From Octopus sinensis (taxonomy: Eukaryota), in assembly GCF_006345805.1 (NCBI RefSeq), contig NC_043001.1, positions 94,922,001-94,986,000 of the forward strand: 64,000 nt of DNA. Direction: 5' to 3'. The notes below the pieces were generated by a model, which worked only from the letters and a program-made list of their open reading frames with translations, did not search any database and was not told where the DNA came from. The translations under genes and the position numbers were made by a program. This document shows, one piece after another, positions 53,100-64,000 of the stretch (positions within the stretch are counted from its first letter, which is position 1; the number at the start of each line of letters is the position of its first letter).

Positions 53100-54310
53100 C
53101 TGTATAATCATCGCAAACATCTGCAATATTTACGAAGATTTAACATTCAAATCAGAAAGTCGGTGTTTCACGATATTTATTAAAATATACTATGAGAAGT
53201 ATTTTGACTGCAACGTGGATGACAAGGATAAAAGATGTGTCCCTCATAAGTGTCATGTAACGTGTGTCTGGCCAAAGATTCCCGACATGTGCTTTTTCCA
53301 TCCCTATGGTTTGGAGAGAACCCAAACATCTTACTACAGATTGCTACTTCTGCATGTCGAAACACTTAGTGACAACGTGTCAAGTGATTAACATGTCAAG
53401 AAAGAAACAGAAGACATGGTGTTTAAGTCTGACTGTGCTTCAAAAGAATCACATTTGTTTAGGGATGGATATCTGAATGATCTTGCACGGGATTTAAGCT
53501 TCTCGAAAAAGTGAGCTGAAATTCTTAGTTCCGTTTATAAAGGACTGGAGTTGTCTCCAGAAAGAGACCAAATTTAATTTTTATCATGCCCGGCATTGTG
53601 ATTTTGTAATTTTTTCCTCACTTGAAGATGGTGTGGCGTTTTGTAATGATGTATATTCTTTAACGGAGGAACTTAATCACAAAGTTAGCTCGAATGACTC
53701 ATCAAAAGTAAGCTGTTTGAGTCAGCAATGGAACTAGATTTCCTTCCGTTCATCTGGCCCGTGTAACTAACGTGAAGTAAATATGGGAGTATGAAGCTTC
53801 TTTTACAAAGTATCAGGTATGAGGAACATAAGTGGGATATTTCTGACATAAATGTTATGGTATTTTTACTTAGAATGCAGCTGAGTTACACTAAGTTTTC
53901 TTGCTTTCTCTGTGAATGGAAAAGTCGGGATAAGGAAAATCATAATGAAAAGAATGTGTGGCCAACATGATCTCTGTCTTCTGGACAGAAGTATGTCATC
54001 AATCCTTCCCTTGTTGATTCCGAGAAAATATGTCTGTCTCCTTTGCTTATCAAGCTAGGATTGATGAAGAATTCCGTCAAAGGTGTCGATAGAACAGGCA
54101 AGTGATTCACGTATTTAAAAACTACATTTCCAAGTGTAAGTGACGCAAAAATCAAGGAAAGCATTTTGTTCAGCTACAGATTAGGGAGCTGATAGGAAAC
54201 CAAAAGTTTGATGAAAAGATCAATGATGGTTAAAAATCTACATGGCTATCATTTAAGAAAGTTTGCAGAGAAGGTTTAGGGAATCACAAAGAAAAGTATA
54301 CTACTATTTC
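53100..54310 (+). pseudogene. degenerate Chapaev3-like (CMC, Transib/RAG-fold-related) transposase
   Basis: Motifs YFDCNVDDKDK..PH.C..TC, FSIPMVWREPKHLTTDCYFC, MQLSYTKFSCFLCEW.SRDK, LSPLLIKLGLMKNSVK, FPSVSDAKIKE and W.SFKKV...LGNHK, with many stops and frameshifts. The family name is from recall. Confidence 0.7.
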
Positions 54311-54559
54311 TGTTTATTTTAGAAGATATGAGGAAATTTTTAGAGAAGACGAAAAAAGAGACACAGTTTTGTTGAGAATGTTATCAGAAACCGAGCATGA
54401 TAAATGTTGAACTTACATATCACAGAAGAATCTGGGTGAAGTTTGTTTTGAAGAAACGGTGAGAGAATTTTAGCGAAATCTGCTCTGTATTTAATACGTG
54501 CTGCTCATGACTGAATATTACAGCAATAACAACAACAATGACAACGACAATTACAACAG

Positions 54560-54575
54560 TAACAATACTACTACA

Positions 54576-54613
<38 letters not shown>

Positions 54614-54620
54614 ACTACTA

Positions 54621-54652
<32 letters not shown>

Positions 54653-54701
54653 ACTGCTACTTCTACTACTACTTCTACTACTACTACTTCTAATAATAAT
54701 G

Positions 54702-54736
<35 letters not shown>

Positions 54737-54781
54737 CAGAATAATAATAATAATAATAATGATAATAATAATAATGATAAT

Positions 54782-54824
<43 letters not shown>
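54560..54824. repeat. (ACT)n/(CTG)n/(AAT)n microsatellite
   Basis: Directly visible. Confidence 0.95.
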
Positions 54825-54825
<1 letters not shown>

Positions 54826-55761
54826 GAGAGCGAATAATGCAGATATCGACAAAGCCCTGACCCCTCAATGGCTAATGGCCTCTGGCTTAAAATCTGAAAC
54901 AGAGGGGTTTATCATAGCAGCTCAAGATCAATGCCTACCAACAAAAAACTACCAGGCCAACATATTAAAGATCAGAAGCAGTCCAACGTGTCGTGTATGC
55001 AAGCAACAAAATGAAACCATTGACCATGTGGTCTCCAAATGCAGTCTTCTAGCGCCTACAGAGTATCTCAACAGGCACGATAGAGCTGCACAATATATTC
55101 ACTGGGTAATCTGTAAAAACCTGGATTTACCCCATGAAAAAAACTGGTGGGAACACAAACCACACCCAGTGCTTGAAAAGACCACATCTCACTCTCTGGA
55201 ACTTCACCATTCAACTGACAGGAAGATTGATGCAAATAGGCCAGACATCATATTGAAAGACTTCAACAAAGAACATGCCTCCTCATTGATATGACTGTCC
55301 CAATCGATATAAACGTATCTGTCAAGACCTACCAAAAACTGAGCAATATAAGACCTTGAAATAGAAATCAGCAAAATGTGGAAGCTGAAGACTAAAACAT
55401 ACCTGTTGTCATAGGTGCCCTGGGAATGATAGCAAAAGGGGCTGATAGCTACCTAACTCAGATACCAGGAAACCCAAAAATGGCAGAAGTTCAAAGATAG
55501 TGCTCATGGGAACTGCTCATATCCTACGCAAAATACTCTCTATGTAATCTCAAGGTTTAAAACAAACATAATTTTCGGTTTAAAAAAAAAAAATAAAAAA
55601 CTTTTTTTTTTTAGACATTCATTAGTACAACATCCCCACCCCCCAAATATATGGCACACTAGGCATAACAACAACATGAACTTCCACCCTGTTGTCTCTT
55701 GAGGTCTCTGGGTGAGACTTGGAGCCAACTTGTACAAATATAAAGCAAAAGTCAAAACATA

Positions 55762-55762
<1 letters not shown>
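54825..55762 (+). mobile_element. 5'-truncated R4/Dong-type non-LTR retrotransposon inserted in (AAT)n
   Basis: Reads LKSETEGFIIAAQDQ, CRVC...ETIDHVVSKC, YLNRHD, NRPDII, IDMTVP, KDLEIEISKMW and PVVIGALG...GTAHILRK (stop 55545-55547). AAT arrays flank both sides. Confidence 0.9.
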
Positions 55763-55807
<45 letters not shown>

Positions 55808-55808
<1 letters not shown>

Positions 55809-56397
55809 CCCTGATTCAGTACCATGCCCTGATTCAGTATAAATGCCCTGATGCAGTACCAGGCAGTGGTTCTCATGGCTTCTGATCTTAACTGATTGGA
55901 AGTGTTATCATGTACATTGTTTTCTTTAGGTATAAAAGATGGGCTACAGCAAATACTGTGCTCAATACCACAGATTTGCTTGTCAGTTGTTTGACCTTAA
56001 CCAGTTGAGCATGTCCCTTAGTGGCTGATGATATGTGCGTCTCCCATCACGAGCAGAAATAGTGGAGGAGTATCATAGCCATGTGTTGAGAGGGATTCCT
56101 TGGGGTTTGAATAATTCACCTCTGGAAACATGGGTGTTTCGTTCAGCATCCTTAAACAACCCTTACTCAGGGATCTTTTGAGCGGGATGGGTTACTCGAC
56201 CAGAAGAACATTCTAACTAGGCCCCACCTACAAGGTCATGTGCTGTTTATCTTGATATGAGATCACCATGTCGCGCACATATGGTTGTGATGCATGTGCC
56301 TGGTGTACCTTACCAGACGGGTAGACATGATGGGTATACTGGGTTTCGTATATTTTACCCCAGTGTCACTTTGATGACATGCACTGTTCTCTCACTC
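55808..56397 (+). repeat. ~550-bp (AAT)n-flanked element with triplicated 5' tip
   Basis: GCCCTGAT(T/G)CAGTA starts at 55808, 55826 and 55845; the element ends CTCACTC-(AAT)n. Confidence 0.92.
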
Positions 56398-56440
<43 letters not shown>

Positions 56441-56639
56441 GTCATAGTAATATTAATGATGATGATAAATAAATAAATAAATAATTAAATAAATAATTAA
56501 TTAAAGAAGAGGCCGCAAATTTCATTACATACGCTGGAATCGTTACTAAGGAATGTGAGAGATTTATAAATTATAAACTAAAATCAGACATGAGTAAATG
56601 ATTAATTTTCATGTCAGGTTTAACAGCAAAGAAAGATGC

Positions 56640-56910
56640 GAAACATCGTATCCGAATTCTGAGTAAATTAGAGCTGAATGTGAAGCTAACAATACAAGAA
56701 ATATCCGAGGAAATGATAAAAAATCTAAGGCACGAGTAGAAGTGAATAACTGCACTCTTATTCAGTCGGTGCTGCCGAAAGTCAGAAATGAAAAGTAGAA
56801 GATTAACGTTTGTTTTGGATGTGGAGAATTACACTACACATTCGACTGTCCCGGTAAAAATCGAAAATACTTCGTGTGATAAGATAGCTCGTAAACAACC
56901 CCATGGTAAA
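56640..56910 (+). pseudogene. possible LTR-retrotransposon gag remnant (zinc knuckle)
   Basis: CFGCGELHYTFDCPGKNRK from 56811, a CX2CX3HX4C-type knuckle. No LTRs seen. Confidence 0.35.
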
Positions 56911-57086
56911 ACAAAACTTAGAAAACAGATCACATGAGAACATTCATGTAAACTGTTTATCGGCGAGAATAATGCAGAGAAGACTCAAATAAAATGTGTA
57001 CATAAAAAGTATTAATGCGGTTAGATATAGTTAGTGACATTATATTAATTAATGAAAACATATGGAAAACAATCGCGAAGCGTACA

Positions 57087-57286
57087 CTAGGCAAACGTTG
57101 ATATATGCATGCGGGGTATCGGAAATTCCCCAAAAAGGAAATCGTCTCTATAAATAGTATCCCGTCGGGGTTTGTAACAAGCGCGAACTATCAATACCGC
57201 AGCTAAAACTACAATACCGCAGGATAATATTACATATCCAATCCATGGTTGATATCCAAAACTATCTTCTTCTGGTGGAGGTTCTC
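57087..57286 (-). CDS. probable last coding exon of a single-pass membrane protein
   Basis: Acceptor ttattttactgtatattgcAG; the phase-1 frame reads (G)EPPPEEDSFGYQPW-IGYVILSCGIVVLAAVLIV-RACYKPRR...STFA*, a TM helix followed by basic residues. Confidence 0.55.
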
Positions 57287-58350
57287 CTGCAATATACAGT
57301 AAAATAAGTTTTCTAAGAATATAATTAATTATTTCATGAATTATCAATATTATCCAAATCCAATTGAGAATTGTATGCTTCTGAAGCATAGTCGTTCCTT
57401 TCCTTTGTAAGTGTAAAACTGACTCGTACATGATTGCAACAGATATAAATTTTGGCGGAATTAAATTATCACCAAGTACATCTTTTTGATCATTATTCCA
57501 ATCCATGCTAACTACGCATATTTAAAGGGTCCATTTTAAGTCCCAAACGATTGAATTTATGTTCCATTGAACGTACACACCTCCACCCTCTGTACTCAAC
57601 TCTTGTTGTGTTGAAGTGTAGGAACATTGGCTGACACGTTTGAGAAAATGAAAATGGCATAAGTTAAGGAATCCAAATTTTTTACCAATTTTACGCGATT
57701 TAATTGGGATGTACCGTGAATATTTCACTTTCATTCTTCTCTCGTAATGCGATTAAAATATAAAATCAATATTACATTGTTCGAGTAAATTAAAGAATTA
57801 ATTTTTGTAAAGTCTATCGAATTATTTGACGCCAAGATATAAAGCACGTCTTCGCATTTCACAATGGCCACGTCTGGGAATTCAGGGTCCATGCCATCGG
57901 AATTCGAAACGTTATATTGTCTTTACAATTTTCTGTCGAGGAATTTGTTTCTTGTATATAACAATATGATAGGAAAATATATAAACATTTAATATACGTC
58001 ATTTCCAGTGAAATGTATAGCATATCAACTAACTGCCAAAACAACACCACCACCCCACACACATGTACACATAAAACCACGAGTCATGTTCGCTTACATA
58101 TGTATAATTGGTCATATGACTAATATATACACATGTGTGTGCGTGTTTTGTCTGATTGCCAGTGTGTGTGTTGTGTGTGTGTGTATAAATATTTCAAGCA
58201 ATCAGTGCTTCGCAGTTATTCCTTAAAACTATTGATATAGTTGTAGCCCTTTGGGTGGGATTGTCGGTGGAAGATTATTGCCAAAGAATGTAAATAGTGG
58301 AGGAATATGCTACCCTCAGAATCTATACTGAAAAGGACAATATATATATA

Positions 58351-58383
<33 letters not shown>

Positions 58384-58451
58384 CAAATATATGCATATAT
58401 ATATACATGTATATATATATGTATATATATATATATATATATGTATGTATA

Positions 58452-59645
<1,194 letters not shown>

Positions 59646-59869
59646 CTTCAGTTGCTTTTGATGAGAAGGGATATATGTGACATGTAAGCTGATGCAATGA
59701 GGTGGAAGGAAAATATGCTGAAACGTGATTTGTTTAGTATTGCTCACATATCTTTTAATTAAATCTTTTGTTTAACTAAACAATTTAAAACTTTATATAC
59801 TGATGTAATTCGTCACGCAAAACACGCTTTACTCTGAATAGTTTTGAAAAATCCTTTCGTATTTTAGAA

Positions 59870-60700
59870 GTCATTTCGTGTTAAATTTGTTGTATTTGGG
59901 TAATTTTCACCAATTAACGACATTTATTCAGTTGAAGAATGCTACTGTTGTCTGCGATAATAATCGAAGAGGAACAACTTCCGGGTCATCTTTACTAAAT
60001 GTCACAACACTTTTCTACTTTAATTTTGTTTACTGCCTGTGTTGCATATTACACGCTTTTGATTTTGTTTCTCGCGTCGGAGAATGTAATGATTTTATCT
60101 TACTATAGTCAACAACACACTCATTTCGTCAAAATAAAAAGCTTTACAAGATAAAACAACACTATCAAAACATAAAAGTAAAGAAAAACAAATATACTGT
60201 GTTTTCTTCCGGGCCCCAAAAGTCTTTCACGTTGTTAACCAACCGACCTTTCACCTGAAAAAAATCAGTGGAATCAGTCGATCACGATACACAAATTATT
60301 TTCCTTTTGAAACTTATTCAAAAAGTACACATATTAAGTGCACCTTTCTATGAGCCACACACAGTAAATATTCCAGGTAAAAAAGATGATGACTTGTACA
60401 ACGGAAAATTCGGTAATTGAAGTGACAGTGACGAGTTCACTCGTTGGTTGGTAGTTGATAGTGTAGGAGAGGCTGTCTGACAGTAGAGTGGGAAAGAGTA
60501 CGGAATGCATAGTGCTGACTATAAAGGAAGAAAGTTTAACATACGAAGAGAACAGTGTGCTGACATTTAGTAGAGGTGACCCGGAAGTTGTTCCTCTTCG
60601 ATTCCTATCGCAAACAGCAGTAGCTTTCATCAGCTGAATACACCTTGGTGATTGGCTAAAATTACCCTAATACGACAACTTTAGCACGAATTACGAACTT
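59870..60700. mobile_element. old inverted-repeat element (diverged ~200-bp arms)
   Basis: A perfect 27-bp inverted core AATCGAAGAGGAACAACTTCCGGGTCA lies at 59962-59988 and 60577-60603, with diverged flanking similarity. Confidence 0.8.
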
Positions 60701-60934
60701 TCGTCAAAAAGGTTCAAACTAAACCGTATTCTATGTGAGAATTTACACCAGTACATGAAGTTTCAATCTGTTTACTTAAAAAAATAATAATAATAATAAA
60801 ATATGTCTGCCAAACTGTACAGATCCCTGAAAATGTATTAGGTGTAAATATTTTCTGCTTCTAAGATAGATGTATCAGAATATCGATGACCACAGAATGT
60901 TTTCTGTGTGACAGATGTTTTGCTTGTAACTCAC

Positions 60935-60984
60935 CTTCCCATGATAGGATATTGGTGAAACTCTTCTTTACAGCTTTACATAAT
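60935..60984 (-). CDS. probable 50-nt internal exon (LCKAVKKSFTNILSWE)
   Basis: Acceptor ctctctatattgcAG and consensus donor AAG|GTGAGT. It has one open frame ending in phase 1, compatible with the 57286 exon. Confidence 0.55.
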
Positions 60985-62303
60985 CTGCAATATAGAGAGT
61001 AGAACATGTTAATAGTTCAGCTTAATAAATTACGACATTTTGAAAGTAAAACTGAAATCTGAAATTAAAACTGACTCGATAAGTTGTTCGTAATGACCAT
61101 TGGGATTATTTCTTGACAAATGCAAGTATTCTTTTCTTATTAGAAATGGAACGTAATGCAAAACGAAAATTCTTCCTATATAGAAGATTATTGTGCCCCA
61201 CACCGTGTTTAGTTATTTGATTTTATTTTCCCTTTAAATGCCAGTGTTTTAAATGGAAAACCTCTGTTCACTGTTTCTGAACTAATTATAAATGAAAATA
61301 TATTAAGCTCCAGAGAAATAGGTACGGGAACAATTATGGAATGAAGATGAGACGAACCTAATAGAAGTGAGATCTAAGAAACTGCTGTTCTTCTCATTCA
61401 TAGCACAGCATTTTTAGTAGGTATTAAGCGCTGAGTGTTGAGAGGATGACAGCAGGGTGAAGAAGAGTTGCAGCTTCAGATTCAGTGTTATACACATTAA
61501 CAGAAGATAGTATAACAGCCTCAAAATGACAAACCCTAAATATAATCTATATCAGCTGTTTAAATTTAATTTAAATGCATCAATTTAAATGCAATTAACA
61601 GCTTTACAGCTAAATTCAAAATTTTGCATCTGCAGAAATTTGATTTAACAAGTATCACCTCGCTACAGTTGCCCGTGTTTAAATGCCATGAAATATATAA
61701 ATCTAGCCCGCAATTCTAACATAAAATGAAGTTCAAATGTGATATGACGCAATGCAAACATAAGCAACATGATAAATAATATTTCCGACATTAAACTGGA
61801 AAACGGACTACGAACAGCAGCAATGATTGTACGGTTTCTGAAATCATATAAATCTTTCTATACCTGGACACACTTCACTAGAAGAAGGTGATCAGCAGAT
61901 ACATGAGTACATATCTGTGTTACGATATGATTTTACAATGTTATATAAACAATTCTAGAGCAAAGAAGATTATTTCATTTTAAAAATCATAAATACGGGG
62001 TATTTCGCAGAAAACAGTATTTGGAAAATTAAAGTATAAAGAAATATTTAGTAGGCTGAAATGATACACGTTTAACGATGTCAAAATAATCAACTGTTGG
62101 TATTAGACTCTGACGTAGAAGGTAAGAATAACACCCACTTTGCTAAATCTGGAATCGACACACAATTTGCTAAATCTGGAATCGACACACAATATGCTCA
62201 ATTCAGGATATAACATATTCCAATATTTAATTAAAAGGAATACACACAGTTTGATTCCATTTGATCATAACTTGGTTGAATAGAGTTTATGTAGTCCTAA
62301 ATA

Positions 62304-62858
62304 TTGGGTTATCCGGAAAGTTCGTGCCGATTTATAGTAGCTTATATTTCGACTTAATTTAGAATATGGTTGGGTCCGTAAAATAGGATTTCACTACACC
62401 TTCATTTAGAGCACAGTTTAAGTATCTTTTCGTGGAAAAAGGTTTATGTTCCTATAACCTGTGTTAATTCTTAAAATGGAAGATAAAAAAATCCATTTCC
62501 GGCACTTCATACTTTGGGAACCAGACAAAAATTGCTTCAGCTCGGCTGGGATGTATTACCTCACACTCCATATTCACCAGATATTGCTCCTTCGGATTTC
62601 CACTTATTCAGGTCTTTGCAGAATAGTCTTAATGGTAAAAATTTTAATTTCTTGGATGATGCAAAAGATACCTTGATGAATTCTTTGCCATGAAACTACC
62701 TCAATTCTTGGAGGAGGATAATTCCAAATTAAAGAAAAGATGAAGACGCATAGTGCAACAAAATGGTTCATATTTGGTTGATTAAAAATATAATGGCAAT
62801 TATATATTGACCTTTTTCTTTCCTTTAAAAATCGGCACGAACTTTCCGGACAACCCAA
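62304..62858 (+). mobile_element. mariner internal-deletion derivative
   Basis: TIRs TTGGGTT(A/G)TCCGGAAAGTTCGTGCCGATTT flanked by TA. The N-terminus MEDKKIHFRH is fused near 62520 to the C-terminal GWDVLPHTPYSPDIAPSDFHLFRSLQN. Confidence 0.93.
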
Positions 62859-64000
62859 TATAAAGAGCAAAATTTGTTTTTCATACATATGTCATAGGAG
62901 CCTAGATTATTCCTACAATCATATACTTTTGTCATGCGCCGGAGACAAAGCCTCTTCACAATTACAGCTACTGAATTTTATTCCAATAAAGATTATTCTA
63001 TTGGCTAAATCATATTACAGCTATTTTGATGAATACCTTATATTTTTGCTCCAATATTCTTCGAGTATTTCTCGTGATGACATTATCATATGATCATGCG
63101 GATAATATTAAAATCACACAGTGAAGATCATATACTCTTAATATATGTCTAGCCTTTAGATACGCCTGCTATAAAATCCAAGTCCATGACGCATGAAAAC
63201 TAGGGGTATTCTAATAGATACGAAGACCAATGTCATTTTGTTAAATCTGCAATTGACACACAATGTGATCAATTCATGATATATCATATTCGAATACTTA
63301 ATTAAGTTTTGCTCCTTTCCTATTTCTCCAGTCTTTTCATTTGGTACATAACACCAGTTAGAATGTTTGTTCTTAATATGTTCTATGGATCTTTTCTGTA
63401 TATGACTCAGAGTTTCCAACAATTATACCTAATGAAGCGATGATAAATCAGTATATGCCAGGCATGAGTAGGAGAAAATAAAACAAGCATTGTAGTTTTT
63501 TGAAATATAATAATAATGATAGTAAAGGAAGATGGTACTTTTAAAGAAACCAATATCTGTACAGATCGGTCCAAGAGTTGCTAACAGAGTGGCGCACAAA
63601 GAAAGTAGATACTTTTCTGCTAAGAAGAGCAAATCCAGAATCCTACAGCATCATAGACTGCTACGCTTATACACGCAACTCTATTTTATCTTGCAGAAAC
63701 TAACATTTACTGCAATGTCATATTTTGTATGTTGATGGATTTAATGTTGCCAAATTATGTTATAATTCTGACAGACAAAAGGCTGGATCATTGTGCAGTA
63801 GTGTATTGTTGCATTGATATTTAGGGATTTAATAGTGAGGAATTAGAAGATCCTTTATTAATATCTGCATGGAGTGAATAGTTAAAAGGGTAAAAAGGAA
63901 AAAAAACTATTTCACGTCGGTCATGAGTCAAAATGGGATTTCAAATATAAAGTCAACCTCAGAGGCACATTCCGAAAAAGGTTGTTTATGGATACCAGCC

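Noticed and set aside
57287-57950. Upstream extension of ORF 57087-57506 and nearby ORFs as coding sequence
   Set aside because: The AT-rich, intron-like segment ends in a strong acceptor at 57287; additional exons could not be phased convincingly.
62139-62192. 27-bp direct repeat x2 (and an 18-bp x2 repeat at 28267-28302) as CRISPR-like
   Set aside because: Only two abutting copies with no spacers; simple local duplications in eukaryotic DNA.
63429-63700. Signal-peptide-like minus-strand frame (LFLAEKYLLSLCATLLATLGP)
   Set aside because: No in-frame ATG and only weak donors; could not be linked reliably to the 60984 exon.

Overview
AT-rich, microsatellite-dense eukaryotic genomic DNA. The repeat content most resembles an octopus/cephalopod genome; this is inferred from recalled repeat families, not from a search. 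There are no prokaryotic-style genes, rRNA or CRISPR arrays, and most listed ORFs are translations of microsatellites or antisense shadows of transposons. The window is dominated by mobile elements. The main structure is a TSD-flanked L1/Tx1-type LINE (18224-22738) with an intact ORF1 and an internally deleted ORF2. It sits inside a non-autonomous Helitron, which lies head-to-head with a sister Helitron carrying an older ORF1 homolog at the same site. Also present are CR1-group, RTE and three R4/Dong-type LINE fragments, Helitron RepHel remnants, a Chapaev3-like transposase, mariner derivatives, several MITE/foldback elements, and at least three tRNA-derived SINE families. A ~550-bp (AAT)n-flanked repeat occurs four times. 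A probable host gene on the minus strand (57.1-61.0 kb) would encode a single-pass membrane protein; other exon candidates are weak. The most interesting signals are: (1) a SINE family whose 3' tail matches the 3' end of the Tx1/L1 LINE; (2) repeated Tx1 occupancy of one site in a Helitron family; (3) back-to-back minimal hammerhead-like motifs in a near-perfect 69-bp-arm hairpin; (4) a set of (AAT)n-targeted elements alongside R4/Dong LINEs; (5) an 8-bp-TSD MITE carrying TTAGGG repeats.
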